A stretch of 64,000 nucleotides of DNA. It comes from Phoronis australis. Lineage: Eukaryota; Animalia; Phoronida. The position numbers and the translations under genes were made by a program. The notes beneath the pieces are model-generated. The model saw nothing but the letters and a program-made list of their open reading frames with translations. It had not been told where the DNA came from and made no database searches. The DNA lies in assembly GCA_002633005.1 (NCBI GenBank), contig NMRA01000034.1:1228012-1292011 (forward strand), given 5' to 3'. This document shows positions 40,501 through 51,428 of this stretch, in pieces. Numbering within the stretch: position 1 is the first letter of the stretch; each line of letters starts with the position of its first letter.

Positions 40501-43500
40501 ATTTATCTTAAACATTATGTCATGCAAAATGTAGTCATGCAGCGCTCGATGCTTAGCTTAACTTCACATCGCATTTGGTGACAAAAAAGGTTGTATGGTC
40601 ATAGCGTGCCCCACTGTGAGTATCTTCGTACTGCTTCAACTTCTACCGGTAAACATGCATTCATTCTCTAACTCAATTCCTCCCGCCAACGAACAAACAT
40701 AGAACGCAGACAATCGCATACAATGATGGTGCTTATGTCACCGATCTTGCCCGATTTTTTCCAAACAATTCCGACTTCCATCTGTTTACTTCCTTTTGTA
40801 ATTTATTAAGCGCATGTTTGATGTGTGCTGACTGCTGTGGTGCCAAATGCACTGATTTCATGAAACGAAAGGAACAATTGTGAATCGAAGGTAGTGAATC
40901 TGGGAAAACTGTTAGTAATTTAAACTTTGGAAGTCAACACAACTTTAAAACGAACTTAGTACATGGGAAGCACAGACATCTTCGACATTAACATGGAAAT
41001 ACACACAAATATCTCACAGACCTATAACCTAAATGTTGAACTTGTAACCTCTATCTTGCATATAAAGACTTTTGTTAATGACACATCAAGCTATTCAGAG
41101 AATAAATATGTAGCTAAATAGTGAATCTCCGTCTGTTTGTCTTTCAACAGACAATAAAACAGCTATAACACCTGGGATCATTTCAAAACCTTAATCAAAA
41201 GGCCCTTCACAGATTTGGTGCTTCTCCAGAAAATGTCATCAAAATCCATCCATGATATTTAGTTAATCTGGTGAATGACTGGCATAAAAAATGCATGTCA
41301 CAGTTGGTGTCCAATTGTGACACTTAATCATTATAATCTAATTACTTTGACAACAGGTACAGGCAGAAAACAAAATTTAAAAACGAACAATGAATTGCCT
41401 CATGCCTACTCTGCAGTGATTTTCATGCCTTTATCAATTGAATAGGCTGTGTCAGTTGTTCTTATTGTCCTGCATTCATGGCAGATGTACGGAACAAATC
41501 CGAACGTTATTTCAAATCATACTACCTGATTCCTTTGGTAACCCTCAGGTGGGATATCCTCATGTGATGTAGATCTGTGGGAGAGTCCCCCCTCCTGGTG
41601 AGGGGTGATTACCGCCCGTGTGTGAAAACTATCACGGAAACTTGCCCCCTTCTTCACAACCCATTCCGCCATCTTGCAGAACGGCACTTTGAAAGCAGAC
41701 TTGAAGCTTTGGAGAACTGTAAATAATGCATTAATTATTAAATATAGAAAAGATTGCTGCTACTATACAAGCTCCCCAGTGAAAGGACTCCAGCTCATGT
41801 TCAACCCAGTTTTTTATTTTTTCGTTAAAGCAACATTTGCTAACAAACTGCAGCAATTTAAATGAAAATAATATTAGCATTTGGCCAAATTAGAAGTATA
41901 AAGTGAGAAACAAAAACGACAATGATGTTTCGATATTAGTCACATGTTATTCTCAGGCACAATAGTCGGACAGAAGTATCGTAACAGAATAATCACTTCA
42001 CATGACAGTGCATGGCACAACATCTGTTGTGGTAGAATTTCAAGTTGACAGATCTTGTGCCATGCACTGTGATGTGAAGTGATCATTCCGTTACAATTCT
42101 TTGTTCTGTCTAACTATTGTACCTGAGGATGACATTTGGCTAATATGGAAACGTCATTTTCATGCCGCACTCTAGCATTGTTTTTGTTTTCTACTTCTTA
42201 GTGCTTAATATGTAGATCACCTGCCTTGCTCCTATCAATTCAGCTTCATAAATGAGATTACAAACGGCTGGAAAGTAACCCGTGATGAGCTGACATCCCG
42301 TACAGGCAGGAGTCGAAAGTGTGATTAACTGACTACTTAGGCCAGACCAACACACCTAATAGCATCATATGTAACAAACTATTTAGGCCCGACCATCATA
42401 CCATATACCACACTTAACAACACAAACTATTTACCAAAGTAACTGTATGCAAACTTACAGTTGGAATCCTGCCTAGGACGCTTTGCTGCATGAAATGCAT
42501 CTGAGTGCGGCTCACTGAAAAGTTCAAAAATGCAAAATCATCAATGCAAACTGAAAATGGCCATACTAACAGCACTCAGCAGCAGATCTTCATTTTTGAG
42601 GACCTAGAAGCTTGATCACCTGCAGTGGTTCTCTCGTTGGCAGAAATAGTAGCCCAACTAGGCTCCACAACTGGCAAGTTACACTACCTCGATAAGGTAG
42701 GGTAATTTGTCACACATGTGTCAAGTTGCTCAGCGGCCCACACTATTGCCAAACCTTTTAGTGTATACAATTACATAGACAACAAATGGCCCCTCAGATG
42801 GCTATGCAGAGGCTACAACAGTTCTCATCCGTTTCTGTACTAATCTCATCCCAAAGCCAAAATACAGTCACCGAATAAGTGGTTTTCACAATAAATCTTA
42901 CACTTAAAATTGTCTCTTGAAAAAGCACTTACTTTCTTCAGTGATCTTTTCTGGTTCTATACCTATCACTCCATGAAGCATTTCTATGGGAACTAAGATC
43001 ACTTTAGCGAAGAATTAAAACTCCATTGTTATGGTCCCTTTTAACTTTTTCACCGTGTGCAATAACGACAAAGTATTTCAACTGAGGTCACACGAGTTAG
43101 CAATAACAAGCCAAGATTGAGCGAAGCACTTGAACTGGTGCTTGATATTTGCAAAAAGTAGCATGGGACGATATCTGGTGGAATTTTTAAGATTTGTGCC
43201 CCTTGAACTTTTTGCGTAACTTCTTCCAAATGGCACCAGGTGAGGGAAGCTCAAGTGAACTACAACAGATTTTCATGGATATGTTCAAGTTATGATGACT
43301 AAATCATCTCCAGAGTCATGCTATATACACGCATTGTGTTAAATATAACTCAATGGGTATGTGTATATGTTTCATTAAATAATGATATAACTCAATGGGT
43401 ATGTGTATATGTTTCATTAAATAATGATATAACTCAATGGGTATGTGTATATGTTTCATTAAATAATGATATAACTCAATGGGTATGTGTATATGTTTCA

Positions 43501-44204
43501 TTAAATAATGACAATATTCGCTGTATTTTGAAATGAGTAACTTTTTATGAGGTATGCTATCACCTGTGCACATCTGTGGCATCCACAGCAACGTAATAAT
43601 CATGCCATATTGAAACTCACAAACCCACCAGATGGTGATCAGGTCTTTGGTGGACAAGTGTTCAGCACCACCTACACTACAGAGGTCAGAGCTCATGTTA
43701 TGTGCACAGGAGTTTGCAACACCTTTCCTGCCATTATAACACCGGCAAATTTCCACTACTGTGTGGTCGATGTACTAATGTATTTCAAAAAAGCAAGCCT
43801 TTTGAAATATCAATGCATGAACAAGGATATCATGTTCCATACATTTCGAAAAAGCGAAAAAAATACCTGCAGGCTGCATTCGCTGCAACAACGTCAGTGA
43901 TGCGGATGCTAAATAAAGCGGGGGATTTTCGATCCCAGCCAAGAAAAATTAGAGAACTTTAAAATGGGAGGGGCTGAGAGTGAACTTTATTCCTCTGCTT
44001 TTAACTTAATGATTCACTCAGTAGTGTTTGAATTTACGTCCACCAAATCTGAGTCGGAATCAATCGGAAAATCGTGCTTTTGTCTCAACAGCGGCAACAT
44101 GAAAAGTCTTCTTTTGCAGCTTTGGCTTTGCCTCTATACCTTTCTAGAAGTCGTTTTCGTCCTTGTGGCGCTTTATGGTCAGTTGTGCTACTTGGATAAG
44201 ACAT
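22586..44204 (-). CDS. SENP1: Sentrin/SUMO-specific protease, SENP1/SENP2-like (peptidase C48), 19 coding exons, ~694 aa; N-terminus uncertain
   Basis: Minus-strand exons 44204-44140, 42514-42459, 41716-41526, 40081-40030, 38903-38771, 38073-37863, 36988-36876, 36427-36321, 35920-35783, 34505-34436, 32001-31927, 31673-31589, 30191-30068, 29705-29563, 27070-26968, 25807-25707, 24664-24506, 23547-23452, 22648-22586 join in frame (2085 nt). Catalytic motifs: [39 protein letters not shown] (His), YFDSMGG (Asp), [17 protein letters not shown] (Cys), [13 protein letters not shown]. The N-terminal half has a bipartite NLS-like RKR...KRPR and a SENP1-type EKELYRQLL motif. Catalytic exons are secure; N-terminal exons rest mainly on splice and phase fit. 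Confidence 0.88.
25340..25645 (-). mobile_element. Same HINE-like family, fragment in a SENP intron
   Basis: Reverse-complement head GCAATATGCACCCACATAATGCGGGTACATAAA at ~25610-25642, with AAATTTCATGA and GGGGCAC subunit remnants. Confidence 0.55.
28829..28869. repeat. (GC)n/(GCAC)n/(CA)n compound microsatellite
   Basis: Directly visible. Confidence 0.85.
30580..31405 (-). mobile_element. Same HINE-like family, degraded copy in a SENP intron
   Basis: CACTAGGGG, CACTAGGTGGC and GCCAAATTTCATGAA subunits; head remnant CAGCAATATGCAGCCACAT at ~31370. Confidence 0.55.
32520..33990 (-). mobile_element. Same HINE-like family, long copy in a SENP intron
   Basis: CCACTAG-type subunits at 32804, 32955, 33090, 33386, 33526; head GATGACGGCACAATGCGCCCACG...CATAAAAA at ~33942-33989. 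Confidence 0.7.
34780..35720 (-). mobile_element. Same HINE-like family, copy in a SENP intron
   Basis: CCACTAGGGGGTGC at 34858, further subunits, head GATGACGGCGATGTGCACCCAC...TGTGGGCACATAA at ~35673-35717. Confidence 0.65.
37250..37540 (-). mobile_element. Same HINE-like family, internal fragment
   Basis: GTCGAATCCATCTGAAAAC and TGCCACTAGGGGCGCCACAG (37361) match the reverse complement of the 49.1-50.3 kb copy. Confidence 0.55.
39800..40010 (-). mobile_element. MITE fragment with CAGGGCTTGGAATTTTCCTC end (hAT-like terminus)
   Basis: Reverse complement aligns with 58107-58320. Confidence 0.6.
41900..42197. mobile_element. Palindromic Penelope-type terminal-repeat pair with hammerhead-like core
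   Basis: Arms are inverted about ~42035. The right arm has CTGAGGA (42123)...GAAACGTC (42148); the left arm has the degenerate reverse complement. A related single copy is at 31405-31490. Confidence 0.6.
42865..43560 (+). mobile_element. Interspersed repeat, copy 2, with internal 42-bp tandem expansion
   Basis: Homologous to 9444-10030; begins TA-CAGTCACCG. Confidence 0.75.
43343..43511. repeat. 42-bp minisatellite, ~4 identical copies
   Basis: Unit ATATAACTCAATGGGTATGTGTATATGTTTCATTAAATAATG. Confidence 0.95.
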
Positions 44205-44947
44205 TGGGCACAAATTACAACATGACAAACGATCGCAAGTATAGCAAACACAGCTTTCACGAACCCAAAATCACAAAAACAGGTAACTCGAGAATACCCT
44301 ACGCTCCAAATCGAGGCTCTTATGCAATGCGCCCTCTACCAGCCAATGTTTAAAAGGATAGCGCTTATTTAGTCATTTGAGGCTTGGTGAGGAGAATTTA
44401 CACAGCAGAAAATCACTGGAATAGACGAGTGATATACAGTTATATCAACTCTGAAATTTGCCGTACTATAATACAAAAAATCCCAGAGAGCGGTATTTAT
44501 GCAGCAATTTAGGTTTAGATCATTGACAAAAAATGATGCATTACAACTCAAAAGCAGGACTGATGATAATTTCCTAGACGACGTACATGTAGGAAGCATC
44601 TGATGGGTGCCTTGGGGAGAGCCTGTTCAATTTTCAATTTTATTTTAAGACAAATTTTGTGTGTCGCAACTTTTAATACCGAGAATTTCCGAAAACAGGC
44701 TCATGGGGGATATTCGGAAAACGAATTGTGAGTAAAATCCACGGTGCCCTCATGGGGATATTAGAAATGACTGTGACTCGAAATTCACGAAGACTTTATG
44801 GGTTGTGACTCATTTATCCAGCAACGAAACGGCCACGATCACCTGTAATTAACAATACTTTACATATAACATAACATAAACTATTGCGCTGACCGCAAAA
44901 TGCAGAGGCCAGTACGTGGCAGTGGCGGACTCTAGTCATACGACGGA

Positions 44948-45183
44948 NNNNNNNNNNNNNNNNNNNNNNNNNNNNNNNNNNNNNNNNNNNNNNNNNNNNN
45001 NNNNNNNNNNNNNNNNNNNNNNNNNNNNNNNNNNNNNNNNNNNNNNNNNNNNNNNNNNNNNNNNNNNNNNNNNNNNNNNNNNNNNNNNNNNNNNNNNNNN
45101 NNNNNNNNNNNNNNNNNNNNNNNNNNNNNNNNNNNNNNNNNNNNNNNNNNNNNNNNNNNNNNNNNNNNNNNNNNNNNNNNNNN
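44948..45183. other. Assembly gap (N run)
   Basis: Run of n characters. Confidence 1.
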
Positions 45184-45427
45184 TACGATGGTGCTGGTAA
45201 GACCAGGAAAAGAAGTGGCTGAGTCGTGCACAGACTATCATCTGGTGGAGCAGCCAACAGCTTTTGCGACACATTACCACTGTCACTCTTTGGAGTTGGG
45301 TGTAACATTATGCTGTTGATATCCAATTAATGCGAGTAGGTAAAAATTGGCGAATTAAAAAAATATTTGCCAATTAAAACGCGAGCGTATTTTTGGAGAG
45401 TTCAAAGGCAACTAGAAGAAGACGGGG

Positions 45428-45490
45428 AAAGTGTATATTCGGAAGGGCTCTGCTAAAAGTTTATATTCGGAAGGGCTCGGCTAAAAGTTT
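45428..45490. repeat. 28-bp tandem duplication
   Basis: AAAGTKTATATTCGGAAGGGCTCKGCTA twice. Confidence 0.85.
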
Positions 45491-46054
45491 TCGCCTACAC
45501 AATGGACAGTTGAAACCGTATGCTATAAACATGTTTTAAAAAATTACTCAGGTAAAGCGCTGTTGGAAATTTTGGAATTCTTATGATTATCACAAAGGTT
45601 TGATGTCGAGGTATGCTCTAGAGTTGGTTACGTCGGTTAGATAAACTTGTTTAATTTTGTACGTCCGAATCAGTAAGCTACCTCGGAACCTTTTCAAGTA
45701 GCCTACATCTACAAATTCGCAAAAAATCTCCAAACAAATCATTGTCAGCAGCTGATGGAACGCATACTTTGCAAGACTGACCACGCAAACACCCGAAATC
45801 TAACAAAAGTGAGAAACCGCCTTTGACGCCTTCTATGATACTACAGTCTGAAAGGCAAGTCAATACCTCAGTGAACCCGTACCGTTGGAAATGACGAGCA
45901 CTCGGTTCGTCAGTTCTCAGCCCTGACGGCGGTTTGGCCGAACCCGCAGAGTTTCAAGTACCGGTATCGCCACGGTACCACTACAGACTAGCTCAATTGA
46001 CCATCTCATTATTTCTGCTGTGCATGTAAGTCAGGTTCGACTAATTGAATTCTT

Positions 46055-46285
46055 CTTGGGACCCGTTCCAAGAAAACTAACTAATGTAAGACACTGCCAA
46101 TTTTAAGATAAAACTTAAATTTACCTCAATCCGTTTCAAAAGAAAGATCTTAAGTTTTTGACTGAAGTTTTGCTTTAATTTTGACTAAGTTACAGGATGA
46201 GGAAGTTTCAAAGTTTGGAAGTTGAGACAAATCTTAGACTCAAGTCAAAATTGAATTTATTCAGTTTCTTGGAACGGGTCCCAAG
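46055..46285. mobile_element. MITE with perfect 21-bp terminal inverted repeat
   Basis: CTTGGGACCCGTTCCAAGAAA (46055) / TTTCTTGGAACGGGTCCCAAG (ends 46285). Confidence 0.8.
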
Positions 46286-47299
46286 TTTATTGCGACTCAT
46301 TCAATCGCTCCTCATAAAAGCAAGTTAAAAGTGTGGAGCTGGAATAGGAACTTGAAAACAACGGGAAAGATGTAAGCAGCACACATTAAGGATCGCGTTG
46401 ACTCTTGGGTTTACTAGCCATTTATAATTATTTTTCAAGTGTAAATCACAATTTCACCCTTCATTTTGGAAAGTTTGAGAAATAAATATGTTTCAATCAA
46501 GTCGATCAATTGCAAACAGCAAATTAAAGCACCAGGCAATATTAAAAAAGTGGTCATTGTGCCGGCGTGACGTTTAATTATTTGGTGTGTAATCTTAAAC
46601 ACTGAGCGTGTACCACGTTGCGCGTTTGTCCTGCATTGGCAAGCCTATTGATCCGCGAACATCGAGATGTGATATTGCGTTTCACGTCTATTACGATTAA
46701 ACGTAAGATTAAACCAGAGACTTTTATGCTTTTTTCACCTGTGAACGAAACTGGCCGCCCCCTCTACCCGGCGTGCTAACGGACTGCCCCTCCCCCACTC
46801 GAGGGCGCCACAGCATCTCACTACTCGAGACTCCCAAATTAATGTATTTTAGAACATTATTGGATCGATGAGGGAGAGTGATCTACAACCATAAATTTTC
46901 ACTGGGAATTCAATTTCAGAAGCCAAACATGTCAATATTTATTTCAGCCAGAATTTTATTGTAGTGAAGACATGTCGCTAATATGATAATTGCCCTGCAC
47001 AACACAATAGGAGCCTACATCACTAAAAATTTTATCGATCGAGGCCGGGCCACCCGGCCCAACAGAGCCGGGGGCGACGGTTTCAAGTTCCCACCGGGTT
47101 TGAACTAAGCCGCCATTATCCAACTACATGTACAGCCCCGACGGTTACCTAAACATGCTACGTGAACAAGAAAAGAAGGCCGTATAGAGCGGAACTTAGG
47201 TCAGCAAAAGTTTACTGCCTCTGATCTCCCTTCTAACCCTAAGTGCAGCTAGCCAATGGGCCCGGCCGGCTCATGTACTAGGACGTGAGGTGCCTATAG

Positions 47300-48260
47300 C
47301 TGGGATTTCAGTATTTTGGGATCTAGCACGTCCCTGCCGTACGTCTGTGTTTTGAAGTGCATGCTATGTTTCATATTATCTTATTTTAATTTATACATTC
47401 TATCAGGAGTCACCACGATTCGTCCGTTTGTGACTGTTGCGGATGATTACCTAGAACACTCAACTTAACTATACGCCCGGCAATCGACATTCGGTGTGAC
47501 ACGGCTGTTCACGGCCGCCACTAGAAACAACCAATTTGTGAGGAGGTTTTCAGTAACAAAACAACGCTGCAACACGTCGGTTTCGACCTGTAGGATCCCT
47601 ATTGAACAAAAAAATATCGGGTAATGCAAATCGTTTCGCCTACGCATTTGCGTAATTGCCCGCCGCCGGCGAAAGTAAAAAGTTTTAAGAAATTCCGCTA
47701 AGACGCAGCACCATCGCCATCAAAAGTTGACCCAGAGACCTTTTGGTTGACCTCATTTCACAAGTTGTTTTGGTCCTCGATTCGGTGAGTGTTTCAGGGG
47801 AATGCATGCTTGTCAAGAACAATCGACAGGCCTTTAGTTCAAGCTACTTGAAACAATTTTATATTACTTGTTTTGTAGGGTAATTAGTATGCTATTCCGA
47901 AAATATAATACTCTGTCTTATACGCTTACCAGGCAAAAAGCAAAAATAAGTCGTGACCTTGGGCTTGGGCTTGAGCGCAAGAAAACATGGCTGTCAGTGT
48001 CACGGTGCTAGAGTATAGAGACCCGTCTGTACTGGCCCCGGTGCCGGAGCGTTCGCGAGGGTAGGCGAGCTCGAGATGACCAACGAGCCATAAAAATTTA
48101 TCTCATTGGAGATCACTTCCGATAGCTAGTTCAATTAGAAATCCAAGATGACGTCCGACGCGTCATGCGATTACATTGGTACGTTGGTACGTGACTAGTT
48201 GTAGGCCTACTGGTCGGATATTGCGGTCCCTGGTTTTGAGAACATTAGGCCTACGTGGTG
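47300..48260. promoter_or_regulatory. Probable bidirectional CpG-rich promoter region of SENP (-) and FAM185A (+)
   Basis: CpG density is visibly higher than in the gene bodies. Plus-strand donor CG|GTGAGT at 47784/47785 (candidate FAM185A 5'UTR exon). Minus-strand donors near 47450 and 47929. ETS-like CACTTCCG ~48114, CRE-like TGACGTC ~48149, TTGCGTAAT ~47648. Confidence 0.55.
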
Positions 48261-49123
48261 AAATGAAATTTGTTCAAGCTGTCATGAAATTTGTTTTTTG
48301 TTTGTTTCATTGTTCGTTAGCTTCAGGTCACATTTTTTAGCTAATAAGGGTTTGATTTATGCAGAGTAATCATGACTAGCTCGAGCCTATTGTTTTTGGT
48401 TGAAATCAGATGCAAGATGGCCCTGCAGCCATGTTTCACTTTTTTGCTGTTTCTGATGGGATTTTACTGATTTTTTTTGTGGAAAGATCTTTTCAAGGGT
48501 TATAGGAAGTGTACAAATTTTTTCTCTTGGTCATACCATTCTCGAGTTATTTGAGATATTCTGCTGACTGCTCGATTGTTGATTGGATTTCCGTGCTGTA
48601 TCTCTGGCTTCCCTTGACGAATCTGAAAACTGGCACATGGATAGATCTTCTTAACAGTTAACTGTTCTCAAGTTTTTGAGATTGGTGACTGTCTTAATTG
48701 ACTAATTCCTCAGTGCACTTTTAAGTTTTCCATACTGACTTAAAGACATAAGTTTCACACCAAAACAACTGCTTTTCAAAACAGATAATAGCACTGTGTG
48801 AATATGTTGCAAAGGACAGTTCTTGTCCGCACAGCTTGGTTAATGAGAAAAGCCCAGCAGTAATGACCTTTTCCGACTTCAGCCGAGACAATTCTGAGAA
48901 CAGGCATATGTGGTTACATAACCGTCTGTGGTGTCAGACCAGGAAGACAGCTATAAGTATTGCAATGGCTACAAGCAGCCAACCCTCCAAACTTTTGCTT
49001 GCTTCATTTGACAATTCCTTTCAACTCCATTTGTTGACATAATTAAATTGTTTTTCGCCAAGGAGATGTAAAGACCATTGTATCACAGATAATCAAACCT
49101 AATACAAAATATTGCAGTTTTCA

Positions 49124-50280
49124 TTTTTATGCGCCCACATATTTATATGTGGACGTATTATGCCGTCATCTCCGTCCGTCCGTCCGTCCGGGTGGCGTCC
49201 GTCCGGCGTCCGCTGCTTTATCTCCAAAACCCTTTGACATACGTTCATGAAATTTGGCACATATGTTCCATTCATAAATGGGACGGCATGTGCGAACTTT
49301 CGGACGAATCCGACTACCGGTGTGCCCCCTAGTGGCAATTTTAGTTTTTTACGCTTACCTTTGTATCTTCAAAAGTCCTGAACGGATTTTCATGAAATTT
49401 GGTATGTAGGCACCTATTAGTGAGATGATGCTATTCTGCCGTTTTCAGATGGATTCGACATAGTTTGCGCCACCTAGTGGCCATTTTTAGTGTTTTCGAG
49501 TCTGTTTTTGTGCGTCCACCCCTCTATCAACCAAACCGCTCAAAGGATGATTGTGAAAATTGGCATGTATATGCTTACTATGTAGAGGACGGTTGACGAT
49601 GATTTTCCGACGATTTCGACCACTGTGGCGCCTCCTAGTGGCAGTTTTGTTTGTTTTGCGCCTATGGCTGTAACTCCTAAACCGTTCGCAGGATCTTTAC
49701 GAAATTGTGGAAGTATATTTATATGATATTAACAATGAAAGATGACGACTTTCGGACGAATCCGACTACCGGTGTGCCCCCTAGTGGCAATTTTATTTTT
49801 TTATGTTTACCTCTGTATCTTCACAAGTCCTTAACGGATTTTCATGAAATTTGGTATGTAGGCACCTATTAGTGCGATGACGCTATCCTCCCGTTTTCAG
49901 ATGGATTCGACCTAGTTTGGGACACCCAGTGGCCATTTTTACTGTTATTGAGTCTGTTTTTTGGCGTCCACCCCTCTATCAACCAAACCGCTATAAGTAT
50001 GATTGTGAAAATTGGCATGTATGTTCCTACTATGAAGAGGACAGTTGACGCTGAATTTCCCATGACTTTGATTACTGTGGTGCCTCCTAGTGGCAGTTTT
50101 TTTTTGCGCCCATGGCTGTATCTCCCAAACCGTTTGCAGGATCTTTACTAAATTTAGCAAGTGTATTTATGTGATGTTGACAACAGACGATGAGAACTTT
50201 AGGATGATTCTGCCTACCGGTATGCCTCTAGTGGCAATTTTAGTATTTTACATTGACCTCTGTATTTTCATAGGTCTTCA
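49124..50280 (+). mobile_element. Helentron/HINE (DINE-1-like) non-autonomous element, best-preserved copy, with internal tandem array
   Basis: Starts in a T-run (TTTTTATGCGCCCACAT), 5' hairpin CCACAT-ATTTAT-ATGTGG, (CCGT)n microsatellite, then ~450-bp units starting at 49296, 49748 and 50196, each built of ~150-bp subunits containing CCTAGTGGC. Confidence 0.7.
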
Positions 50281-51428
50281 GGTGTATACTTTGTGTTACT
50301 TCGTGACTATGAAGGAAAAGTTCCAAGTAGAAATTTGTTTCTGGCATTCTAATGCTGTGCTAATCTCATATGTTGGTAAATTTGTTTTTAATTCTATGTT
50401 TCTGTGGTGCTTTAAGCAACTGATGCATAGGATGTGCTTGTATTATGAAGATCACTCACATTTTGCACAGTGGTCAGGCATTCTTCTTCAAATATTTACT
50501 CCAGTTTAAATCTAAAAATCCGTCTACAATTGAAAAAAGTGCTCTTGACACACAGTAATGGACAGTGTGGACTCAGTCTGGCTGACTCTGCAATGATCAG
50601 GTCACTCCCAACTAATAACTGTAAAATGTTTATGGCAAAAATGAATTCAGCCAGGCCAACACCAAGGGAACGTAAATGTTAAGCCGAGCATGGGCATTCA
50701 AAAAAAGAAATTTTAGAGAAATTGGTTTCAGTGTTATTCACTTCTGGTAAGCATGTTGGAACCACATGCAAGAATCGAATTAAACACAGTTGGAGACTTT
50801 ATATTTTCCACCTGTTCCCAAATTGTTACATTAAAAAATCTTAGCGTGTGCCGTGCAGCACTACATGTACCTCGTGGTTACTTCGATGACTCTGTATCAC
50901 CCACCATTTACTTCGAAGTCCGTTCACTGCCGAAGCCAGTATGAACAGTTTATAACTCAGACCACCTAGTTAAACAAATTGGTTCACAGCTATTTAGTTG
51001 TAGTTAATATGTATACACATGTGTTGATTGTTAATAAAGTTTGCTTATGAACCACATTTCTTTTTATTTCGTACCCCATAGTCTTCTATTATTCGTTTAA
51101 AACATGCTCCCACTTCCCCACAAAATTTTGAGAACAGAAAATTTTGAACTTTGGCTATCTTCGGAAATACGTCACATCGGGAAAAACATCGGGAATTCCT
51201 GACCTGATCACTGCTGAGTCTGTCCATAGGTTTGTACTCTTGGCTGGGACTGTCTGGCACAAATGGAATCTTTGTGTTTGTTAGAATGGTTTATTATGCA
51301 ATTTTTGCCCATTAATCCTCTGAAATGTGACACATATTCACATGGTCTTGTGTGTTTATCGCAAAATCAATCACAACTGTATTGTGTTTTTTCTCAGGTT
51401 TGATCAGCAACGTTCCAAGAAATTCAAT

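Noticed and set aside
43316-43756. 146-aa ORF with [14 protein letters not shown] repeats
   Set aside because: Translation of the 42-bp minisatellite inside a repeat element; no splice or protein-family support.
44814-45326. ORFs of 94-170 aa spanning the N run
   Set aside because: Artefacts of translating through the assembly gap.
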